12,407 nt of DNA, from the NCBI RefSeq assembly GCF_006345805.1, contig NW_021826604.1, positions 1-12,407 of the forward strand, given 5' to 3'. Made by a program: the position numbers and the translations under genes. This document shows positions 1-9,850 of this stretch, in pieces. The notes below the pieces were generated by a model. The model searched no databases. It was not told the DNA's origin and saw nothing but the letters and a program-made list of their open reading frames with translations. Position 1 is the stretch's first letter. Each line of letters begins with the position of its first letter. The stretch comes from Octopus sinensis. Lineage: Eukaryota.

Positions 1-60
1 ATATATATATATATATATATAGATATTATATAATATATATTATATATATATATATATATA
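1..60. repeat. (TA)n microsatellite
   Basis: Near-pure alternating TA, seen directly. Confidence 0.95.
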
Positions 61-280
61 GAATGTATCGCGTGTATTGGAGAATTGATCTTGCGAGATA
101 TACCTTTAAAACTGTTTTCTATCTTTCGCTATCGTGCGCGTGTGTTATTTAGAACGGTAAATTTCGTGACAACAAATGTCGATGTTTACAGGTTGTTACA
201 TATCTGTGATGAATGGATATTTACTTTTATCTATATATATATATATAAGTATGTGTGTATATGTAACATATTGTAGCTAT

Positions 281-725
281 TCTTCTCTTGCATCTCACAC
301 TCTCTCCCTCTCTCAAAATTCTTTCCTCTCTTTCTTTCACAGCTCTCTGCCCCTCTATCTCTCCTCGTAATCCTTTCTCTCGCTTTCCTGCACTACCTCT
401 TTATCCCCCCCTCTCTCGCTCTTTCCATCACACTATCTCTCCCCCTCTCTCTCCTCACTCCCTTTCTCCTTCCTTTTCACTATCCCTTTCTCTTCCCTCA
501 CGAACTCACTCCCTCCCTCCCAATCTCTCTCTTTTTCTTTCCTTCAGACCCCCTTTCTCTATCTCTCTCGCCCTCTCTCGCTTTCCTTCCTTTCCTGCCT
601 CTCTCTCACCCTCTCTCTCTTTCCCCAAAACAGTCTTCTTTTCCTCTCTCTCACCCTCCCTTCCTCACAATCTCTTCTCTCTCCTCCCTTCTCCCTTTTC
701 CCTCACAGTTCTCTCTCTCTCCCCG
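281..725 (+). repeat. CT-rich polypyrimidine low-complexity tract, possibly the LINE 5' UTR
   Basis: About 440 nt of mostly C/T with recurring motifs (ctctctcgctttcc, ctctctcaccctc). It ends just before the first ORF1-like sequence. Confidence 0.8.
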
Positions 726-735
726 CTACAACGGA

Positions 736-1689
736 ATGGACAACATGCAAAATTAGAGGTGAATGCAAACACTGGCGTCAACAAAAGCCAGCGTAACTAG
801 ACGAAAGTAGAGCTGGAAGTTTTCATCAGAGGATGGAGCTCGGCCGACAGATCGCAACCAACTAAAAACATAGCGGCGACCCTGAAAAGCCATGGCTTTA
901 TGGGACGTTGGCGCAAGTAGAGAGGAAGAAAAAGAGAAGTCGAAAGGGCCTACACTCTCATGCCACCACACATGGCTTTGCTAAGCCAAGTCCTCAAGGT
1001 GGACAAAGACAAAGAGAGAGAGATGGAAACAGGAAAACACAACCACGGAGTGTCAAAAAATGACACGCCCACTGCCACAGTCGAAGAAGGCAAGCAGGGC
1101 AAACAACAGATAGGCGGCGATGGGGAAAGGAAAATAACCACCCGGATGAAAATACCTATGCAGAAAGGAACCAGTGGACAACCGTCCAACGGAGGAAGAA
1201 AAACAGAGAGGAACTGGGGACAAGAAAAACCCAGATAACATGCAAATTCTTCCGGAATGGAACTGCTGGCATGGAGAAACAGGAGAAGGATGCAGGTTCG
1301 CTCATCCAGGCCCTATGGAATTGCTTGCATCAAACCCACTCGACCAAAATGCCTTAACCAAAACCAAGACCGAAACCAAAACCAGAACAAATACAAGCTG
1401 CCCCAGAAAATATGCAGACATAGTGCGTAATGCCCCAACAAGGAGAAGGCGCACATTTGCAGAGGAAATGCAGACGGCGGCAGCAGAACAAAGAAATTTT
1501 GTGGAAATAGCAGAGAAAATTGTGGGACAACTGGCCTGGATACATCGTCTTCAGAGCCAGGGGCACTCACAACAGCACTCAAGACCACCACAATCAAGGG
1601 ACCCAGGGTGGCCACCGCTGACACCAGCCCAGGTGCCACACCGTCAGCCTTTACTGACACCCCAAATATCTCACCAGTGCTTCTGCTGA
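736..1689 (+). pseudogene. LINE ORF1 (frameshifted): charged/low-complexity protein with a CCCH-like finger and a Q/P-rich C-terminus
   Basis: ORF-track pieces 960..1238 and 1174..1689 join via two single-A insertions (~1233, ~1260) into KPKITCKFFRNGNCWHGETGEGCRFAHP; KYADIVRN motif; stop TGA at 1687-1689. The start at ATG 736 is tentative. Confidence 0.65.
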
Positions 1690-4609
1690 ATGTCAGAGGT
1701 CTGGTGAAACCCACTAATATGAGTAAAATTCCTTACCTTAGGGACTTAAGCACAAGCAACCATGCAATATGCATAGCGCTGACTGAAACGCACCTGTCAA
1801 GCAGTATAGCAGATGCAGAAATACACATACCAAAGTATACTGTTTTTCGGTCAGACAGGAAGGAAAGAACTCATGGTGGGGTTGCCCTGTACGTCCGTGA
1901 AGATGTCACACCCATAGTACTGTTGACACACTCAAACTCAGTCTGTGACACACTGATAATACACATGAAACAACCGAAAATAGTAATATGTGTCACATAT
2001 CGGCCACCAGACACCCCTAGTCATGAAGGAGTGTTTGAAGATAGCCTCAGAAGAATAGAAGAAGTCCTGGACAAACGGACCAGGGTAACACCATTCTACT
2101 GCTGGGAGATTTTAACCTTCCGAAAGTCAAATGGCCAGATGGCCATCTCCTCTGGAATGACATCACTTGAACAGAGACAGACAGAGTCCTTGTTGGCTCT
2201 CACACGCAAGTTTTTCATGGAACAAGCAGTGCTTCGGCCAACAAGAGGTGAGAATGTCTTGGACCTCTGTTTCACAAGCAACCCGATGCTCATCCACAAC
2301 ATAATGGTAACACCAACAATTCTCAGATCACAACTTAGTAGAGGTAATGATATATGGTATGAGAGAGTTAGTTGAGACGCAGCCATTAGAAAATACCACA
2401 GGCCTATCCAGTCTAAACTTCCATAAGGCAAACTGGAAGAAGATCAACGAAGAGATCCGAAAACATGACTTGAGTGACTTCATCACCACACAAGACACCA
2501 ACACACATTTCCAACATTTCATGACAACAATACAGAACATATGCCATAAGTTTGTCCCGGAGAAAAAAGCCAGCGGGCATAGGAACGTTATTCCCAGAGA
2601 CAGGAAAATACTTATGAGGCGAAGAGCTAAGCTCTCGAAGCAACTGAATGCACGGCAGAGAAACAATGAGGGACTCCACCTGAAACTTTTTGAAATGGAA
2701 ACTGCACTCAAACTTTTCCTATGAGAAGGAGAGGGCAGAGAGAGAAGCCAGGGCCATAGAGAATATTAAAACAACCCTAAAGCCTTCTTTAAATTTGCAA
2801 AGAAACCACCTCGGTACACTGCAAGATTGGCCCACTCTTTGATAAAAGGGCTCTCTAACTGAGGACCCCCAAGGGATAAGTGAAATACTAAAGGAACAGT
2901 ATAAAAGTGTGTTCACATCCCCTCTGGGGCACATGCAAATCACAAACCCAGAAGTTTTCTTTGATGCCACAACACTCCAAAACCAAACAACAACCATCGA
3001 CCACATAGACATAACAGAGAGGATGTAATATCTGCCATAGAAGAAATGAGAATAAACTCAGCTGCTGGACCAGATGGATTCTCAGCAGTCCTCCTAAAAA
3101 CATGCAGGCATGCCCTAGCGGGACACTGAAGAAGCTCTTCAGTGGTTCCTTGGCTAACGGTAAACTGCCCAGGGCGCTAAAGAAGGCACCATATGCCCTA
3201 TCCACAAAGAGGGAGTAGAGCAGAGGCCAAAAACTACAGGCCAGTCTCCCTGACGTCACACATAAGTAAGGTCATGGAACGAATCATCAGAAAAAAACTG
3301 ATCACGTTCCTCGAAGAAACTAACCGTCTCACTGACACACGCATGGCTTTCGCCCAGGAAGAAGCTGCCTTACGCAGCTGTTACAACACTACGACTGGGT
3401 ACTGAAACAACTACTGGATCGCTCACAGGTGGATGTGGTATATCTCGACTTTGCGAAGGCCTTTGACAAAGTCGACCACGGAGTGATATGTCACAAAAAT
3501 TACTCAGACTCGGCATAACAGGAAAAGTAGGTGAGTGGATACATGACTTCCTGAAGGACAGAAGCCAGATGGTTGCAGCCAATGGAGCCCTCTCGGGAAA
3601 GACACCAATAGCAAGCGGGGTGCCACAGGGCACAGTCTTGGGACCTTGCTGTTTTGGTGGCGCTCTCTGACATGCCCTTGGTAGCACAAAACAACATCCC
3701 TCACTAGCTATGCTGATGACACAAAGGTAGCACAGCAATCAAAAACCCAGCTGATGCTGACCTTTACAACAAGATCTGGATGCCATATACAAATGGGCTG
3801 AAGACAACAACATGCAATTTAATGCTGGTAAATTTCAAGCCTTACAATATCAAGCTGTAAACACATATACATTACAAACACAACTATACTGGTCCAGGAG
3901 GGATCGAAATCCAGTATCGAAATCAATACGGGACCTGGGGATAGACATGAGTGACGATGCATCTTTTCTTCACACATCGCAAAGGTGGCGACAATGTGCA
4001 GACGACTCACTGGCTGGATCCTGAGGACATTCCGGACAAGAGACTGCGAGACCATGTTGACACTATGGAGGACATTTGTCCTAAGCCGACTACTGCTCCC
4101 AAACTGTGGTCACCGCATAGTGTCAAACTAACCACAGAGCTTGAGACAATCCAAAGACATTTCACCAAGAGGATTTCCACCATGAAAGAAAAGAACTATT
4201 GGGAGAGGTAGGGAACTCAATTGTACTCCTTGGAACGAAGACGAGAGAGATATGCAGTGATATACATATGGAAAATCCTGGAGGGACTAGCACCAAATTT
4301 TGGAATTGAGAGCTGTTCCAATCCCCGTACAGGACGTCACTGTGTGGTGCCAAAGGTCCCGTCTTCCACATCCAGGGTAAGGAGCAGATACTGTAATAGC
4401 CTGGGGTTCAGGGGCCTCAGCTGTTCAACAAACTGCCAAGAAAACTGAGAGATCTACATGATGCGGATGTGGACATTTTCAAAAAACATCTAGACAAGCT
4501 GCTTTCCGGGATCCCAGATGAACCCACTGCAAGGTACGAAGGTAACCTAAGGGCAGCAGCTACAAACTCTCTCTTAGATCAGTGGCCAGCCACGGCAAAC
4601 TGGACTTAG
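1608..4609 (+). pseudogene. LINE ORF2 (APE endonuclease + reverse transcriptase + C-terminal domain), split by ~25 small indels
   Basis: Endonuclease motifs: NVRGL (1689), LTET, YRPP, GDFN (2105-2116, shifted frame), LDL, SDH (2323-2331). RT motifs: AAGPDG, NYRPVSL, QHGFRPGRSC, YLDFAKAFD (3441), GVPQG (~3617-3631), YADD (3709-3720). The C-terminal piece GPQLFNKLPRKLRDL...RAAATNSLLDQ ends at TAG 4607-4609. Confidence 0.95.
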
Positions 4610-4645
4610 AGAGGGTAGCAACAAGGACGGTGCCCCAACATGGCC

Positions 4646-4692
4646 TCAGCCGGATGGCTGAAACAAGTAAAAGAGTAAAAGAGTAAAGAGTA
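4646..4692 (+). other. LINE 3'-end stem-loop (TCAGCC-GGAT-GGCTGA) and (GTAAAAGA)n tail
   Basis: Perfect 6-bp stem 4646-4651/4656-4661 with a GGAT loop. Tail is GTAAAAGA x2, GTAAAGA, GTA (4667-4692), merging into (TA)n. Confidence 0.85.
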
Positions 4693-4701
4693 TATATATA
4701 C

Positions 4702-4736
<35 letters not shown>

Positions 4737-4810
4737 CACAACACATATATATATATATTATAATATATATATATTATATATACATGTGTGCATTTATATG
4801 TGTGTGTATG
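4691..4810. repeat. (TA)n/(TG)n microsatellite
   Basis: Seen directly. Confidence 0.9.
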
Positions 4811-4811
4811 T

Positions 4812-4918
4812 CTGTTGCTCCTTACCACCACTTGTCAACTGGCATTGGTATGTTTGCATCCTGTAACTTAGTGGTTTGGCAAAAGAGACTGATAGAATAA
4901 GAACCAGGCTTAAAAAAG
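4812..4918 (+). mobile_element. Internal fragment of an octopus-type SINE, truncated by (TA)n
   Basis: The run tgtaacttagtggtttggcaaaagagactgatagaataagaaccaggctt matches my recollection of an abundant Octopus SINE body; not verified by search. Confidence 0.55.
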
Positions 4919-5044
4919 ATATATTATATATATATTATATATATATATATATATCAAAGGAAACAAAGGTCCCACCGGAACCATAAGTTCATAAGGTCTG
5001 TCTGCTTGCTGCTATAGTATATATATTCCACCACTGAGGTGGGG

Positions 5045-5180
5045 GCGGTCAGCTGAAGAACTAGGGCAACGTAAAATTATGTTTTGCTCAATAGATGAAT
5101 GTATCGCACGGTGTCTAGAAATCGAAGCCTTATATTACGATCATGTGTACAACACCTTGTCAGCGAAATCATCACCTACA
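5045..5180 (-). mobile_element. Degenerate tRNA-derived SINE head
   Basis: Minus strand reads ...catgatcgtaatataaggcttcgatttc...ttgagcaaaaca...ttttacgttgccctag...cagctg, with a B-box-like GGCTTCGATTTC. It shares gatcgtaa and the downstream segment with the copy at 6506. Confidence 0.5.
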
Positions 5181-5204
5181 CACAAGCGCCCGCACACATA
5201 TCTA

Positions 5205-5207
5205 AAG

Positions 5208-5254
<47 letters not shown>

Positions 5255-5320
5255 GTGTATATATACATATATATATTATATATTATATATATATATATAT
5301 AACGGAAGCTTTATGAAATA
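5205..5320. repeat. (TA)n microsatellite
   Basis: Seen directly. Confidence 0.9.
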
Positions 5321-5508
5321 GACAAAAGACGAAGGCAGGTGGAAAACAAACAAACAATTGTATTAGTATGGCGCTCAGGAAATATAAATAAAACAAGTCT
5401 TTAACGTTTCGAGCCTACGCTCTTCAACAGAAAGATACACAGAGAGAAAAAAAAACACAGAAAGAAGGAGAGAAAAAAAATGCGTGCAGTAACTAACGAA
5501 TCAACATG

Positions 5509-5511
<3 letters not shown>
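5321..5511 (-). mobile_element. Short non-autonomous hammerhead-bearing element, family A copy 1 (probably Penelope-like derived)
   Basis: About 190 bp between two (TA)n tracts. Minus-strand order: pyrimidine tract, hammerhead-like motif, TTTCCTGAGCGCCATA; homologous to 7111-7313 (+). Confidence 0.65.
5398..5435 (-). ncRNA. Minimal type I hammerhead ribozyme-like motif, variant core (A6 to U)
   Basis: UCUUU-CUGUUGA-A-GAGC(GUAG)GCUC-GAA-ACGU-U/AAAGA. The 5-bp stem I is in exact register, stem II is 4 bp and stem III is the palindrome ACGU. Confidence 0.7.
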
Positions 5512-5558
<47 letters not shown>

Positions 5559-5615
5559 AATACATGTATGTGTAAGTATGTGTGGATTATGTGTGTCTGT
5601 GTGTCTGTGCGAGTG
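5512..5615. repeat. (TA)n followed by degenerate (TG)n
   Basis: Seen directly. Confidence 0.9.
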
Positions 5616-6505
5616 TTCGTGATACTTTAAAGCTAAAGTCAGAACATGAAAAATGTGTATGTTTAATAATGGACAAAACGGAATACAGCGTATCAATTAT
5701 TAGCCTGGAATATAGCATAGATACCGTATGAGAAATCAATATATTAGATGATATACATACATACATATTTATATATGTGTGTGTGCGTGTGTGTGTGTGT
5801 GTATGTATGTGAAGGCGAAAAAAAGAATATAAAAGAGAGCATCATCTAATATGCAGATACATGTTTACCAAAATAGTAACTGAATTACCCATACTAAACA
5901 TAGATTGATTGTGGGATTGAAAAATATCCTTACGAAAAAAAAATCAACTAGATTTCATCTTCATTTTAAATATATCAGTTAACGATAAAAAATATATAAT
6001 CAGGTAACGATAAAAAAAAAGCAGTTAGTTTGGAAGTGTGCAATAAAATATTCAGCATTTTAGTGGAGTAAGAGACAAAAGTGGTCTATTAGTTGTCAAT
6101 TTTATGAAATAAACCAACAAAAAGTAAGCTAAACAGTTTATATGCTTGAACAGTTTATATACGAAAATAATGCAATGAGCAAAAAAAAAAAAAAAAAATG
6201 GGCAAGCAGAACTTATTTGCATGTTACTTAAACGGTTCAAAAGAATGTAGTAACATCAGTAAAACAGATTATTTACGAACCAATGTTCATTAGAAATAGT
6301 CACTAGTACCTAATTTAATTTCAGTTTTGGTGGAGGTAATAAAGTTCCCAGTATCAAAAGATGAGAAATCAGAATCCTAATAAAGATAAATGGCACTATT
6401 TTCTTCTTAACCATCGGCAACGAAGAATTCTAATCACAGAAAAAAAAATCAATATACTTTCCATTTTCTCGACTGCATTTTTGCAATTAGCGGTGGTGTA
6501 CTTTC

Positions 6506-6784
6506 GTGAAGGCGCGTGTCTTAATATTTCGGGTATTGGGCTCACGATCGTAAGTCACTTTATTTCTCATTCCTCCAGTCCACTAAGCTTGCAAAAATGA
6601 GTAATGCCTGTAATTGAAGTGACTGCTTTGTCACATTCTGTGTCACGCTGAATCTCCCTGAGAACTGCGTTAAGGGAATGCGTGTCTGTGTAGTGCTCAG
6701 CCACTCGTACGTTTATTTCATGTGTAGGCTGTTCAGTCGATCCGATCAACTGCAACCCTCGAAGTCGTAACCGACGGAGAGTCA
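6506..6784 (+). mobile_element. tRNA-derived SINE (octopus-type), near full-length, with an internal deletion removing the B box
   Basis: Head gtgaaggcgcgtgtcttaa...ctcacgatcgtaag, body ctccagtccact...tgtgtcacgctgaatctccctgagaact..., end aaccctcgaagtcgtaaccgacggaga. It matches a recalled abundant Octopus SINE and is homologous to 5045-5180 (-). Confidence 0.7.
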
Positions 6785-7110
6785 GGGCGCTTTTAGAACT
6801 GTTATTTAAATAGGTGTGACCAAAATAATTGGAACTAGCGAAATAGTTCTTTTAAAAATCGTTATTATGCGTAAATATTTGCATTGAGAACGGAGAAATA
6901 ATGCACCAAAATTTTGATAAAGTAGACGCTTTCTGGTTTATTTTACAGTGTCAAACATACAAATTACCACTGAAAGACGAGATACGGAAAGCACCTTGGC
7001 CTGTTGAAACAGTAGCCCAATTTCCCTCGTACTTCGCGTCACTAACTATTATGAAAGATATGTATATATATGTATATATAAAGATATGTATATATATGTA
7101 TATATGTATA

Positions 7111-7313
7111 TTTCAAAATGTGACCTTGTGTGTACCGTTGACGATTTTTTTCCTCTGTCTTCCCTTCTCGGGATCTTTCCTTCTCTTATGTTTCCGACGA
7201 AGAGCTCCGCTCGAAACGTTAAACCCTCATTCTTCCCTTCTTTCCTGAGCGTCCATAATGCTATATTTGTTCCACGTCCTCGCGTTGTTGTGTTTTCTTG
7301 TTCGGATTAACTA
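7111..7313 (+). mobile_element. Short non-autonomous hammerhead-bearing element, family A copy 2 (diverged)
   Basis: Flanked by TA-rich repeats. Order: pyrimidine tract, hammerhead-like motif, TTTCCTGAGCGTCCATA (7241-7257), as in 5321-5511. Confidence 0.65.
7190..7224 (+). ncRNA. Minimal type I hammerhead ribozyme-like motif, variant core (U4 to C)
   Basis: GUUU-CCGACGA-A-GAGC(UCC)GCUC-GAA-ACGU-U/AAAC. Stem I GUUU/AAAC is in exact register. Confidence 0.7.
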
Positions 7314-7882
7314 TTATATATATACATATATACATATATATATATACATATATATATATAACATATATCTATATATACATATATATATATATACAATATA
7401 TATATACATATATAATATACTATATATATATATACATATATATAATATACATATATTATATACATATATATATATACATATTATATATATATACATATAT
7501 ATATATACACATATATATATATACATATAATATATACATAATATATATATACACATATATATATAATATACATATATATATATATACATATATATAATAT
7601 ATACATATAATATATATAATACATATTATATATACATATCTATATATATACACATATATATTATATACATATATATATATATCATTATATATATATACAT
7701 ATATATATATACATATATATATATATACATATATATATATACACAATAATATATATACCTAATATATATTATAATATATATATATATACATATACATAAT
7801 ATATATATATATCATATATATACATATACATAATATATAACTATATACAATATATAATATATATACATATATATACATATAC

Positions 7883-7927
<45 letters not shown>

Positions 7928-7959
7928 CATTACATATACATATATATATATACATATAC

Positions 7960-8026
<67 letters not shown>

Positions 8027-8041
8027 CATATATACATACAT

Positions 8042-8072
<31 letters not shown>

Positions 8073-8103
8073 CATATATATATATATATATATTTATATA
8101 GAC

Positions 8104-8142
<39 letters not shown>

Positions 8143-8146
8143 ATAC

Positions 8147-8189
<43 letters not shown>

Positions 8190-8299
8190 ATATACACATA
8201 TATACATATATATATACATATATACATATATTATATATATATATACATATATACATATACATATACGATATAGATATATATAATATACATATATACATA

Positions 8300-8330
<31 letters not shown>

Positions 8331-8790
8331 ACATATATACATATATATATTATATATATATATACATATATACATATATACATATACATATGTATATATA
8401 TATACATATATATATATAGGTATATATAATACATATATACATATATACATATACATATGTATATATTATATATACATATATATATATACATATATACATA
8501 TACATATAACTATATACATATACATATGTATATATATATATACATATATATATATACATATATACATATATATATATACATATATTACATATATATATAT
8601 GTATATATATATATACATATATATATATCATATATATACATATTATATATATGTATATATATATATACATATATATATGTATATATTGATACCATATATA
8701 TGTATACATATATATACTATATATATATATATATATAATATATATATATATATGTACATATGTATATATATATACATAATATATAATATA

Positions 8791-8821
<31 letters not shown>

Positions 8822-8837
8822 CTATATTGTACATATG

Positions 8838-8868
<31 letters not shown>

Positions 8869-9048
8869 TACATATATATATATATATATATATATATTAT
8901 ACATATATATTATATATATTACATATAATATATATATACATATATATATTATATAATATATATATATATACATATATCTATAATATATATATATATATTA
9001 TACATATATCTATATATATATATATATTATATATATATTATATATACC

Positions 9049-9088
<40 letters not shown>

Positions 9089-9461
9089 GTTAATATATAC
9101 AATATACTATATATATATAATATATATATTATATGTATAATATATATATGTATATGTATATATGTATATATATAATATATGATAGTATATATATATAGTA
9201 TTATATATATATATACATGTATATATATATATGTATATATATATATAATCTCTATATATATGTATATATATATATATATAACATATATATATATCATATA
9301 TATATATACCTATATATATATACATTATAATATATTAATATATATATATATATTATATATATACATATATACATATATATATATATACATATATTATATA
9401 TATAACTATATATATATATATATATACATCTATTACATATACATATATATATACATATTAC

Positions 9462-9504
<43 letters not shown>

Positions 9505-9507
9505 AAC

Positions 9508-9540
<33 letters not shown>

Positions 9541-9609
9541 TATATAACATGTATATATATATATACATATATATATATAGTATATATATATATAACATTA
9601 TATAATATG

Positions 9610-9641
<32 letters not shown>

Positions 9642-9665
9642 ATATATATATACATATATATATAT

Positions 9666-9703
<38 letters not shown>

Positions 9704-9760
9704 ATATATATATATATTATATATATATATATAATATATATATATATATTATCTATATAC

Positions 9761-9792
<32 letters not shown>

Positions 9793-9850
9793 CATATGTA
9801 TATTATATATATATATATGAGATACATATGTATATATATATATATATATA
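7314..9850. repeat. ~2.5-kb degenerate (TA)n/(TACA)n microsatellite block
   Basis: Seen directly; it generates the Y/I-only ORFs in the track. Confidence 0.97.

Larger units (their letters stand above)
736..4692 (+). mobile_element. Apparently full-length non-LTR retrotransposon (LINE, CR1/L2 group), frameshifted in this sequence; 5' boundary uncertain (could extend to ~281)
   Basis: Ordered ORF1, APE endonuclease, RT and C-terminal domain, then a short 3' UTR with a stem-loop and a tandem-repeat tail running into (TA)n. Clade assignment is from motif recall (KNYRPVSLTS, YLDFAKAFDKVDH, LERRRERY, FKKHLDKLLSGIPDEP), not a phylogeny. Confidence 0.95.

Noticed and set aside
700-760. HDV-like 5' ribozyme as found in some R2/RTE elements
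   Set aside because: I could not build the nested double pseudoknot from this sequence.
288-800. 170-aa Ser/Leu/Pro-rich ORF
   Set aside because: It is a translation of the CT tract; only the last ~20 codons might belong to ORF1.
753-4371. Minus-strand ORFs of 60-133 aa within the LINE
   Set aside because: Antisense shadows of coding sequence with no recognisable motifs.
225-4720. Target-site duplication for the LINE
   Set aside because: Both candidate flanks are TA-rich, so no unique TSD can be called.
61-5107. Shared 11-mer gaatgtatcgc at 61-71 and 5097-5107
   Set aside because: No extension on either side and not at element boundaries; likely chance.
6567-6755. Protein-looking 62-aa minus-strand ORF
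   Set aside because: It lies entirely within the SINE body.
6215-6884. Two ATTTGCAT octamer motifs (6215-6222, 6877-6884) and possible splice signals (gtaagt 6550, ttttacag ~6941-6948)
   Set aside because: Expected by chance in AT-rich DNA; the donor-like site is created by the SINE deletion; no supported exon.
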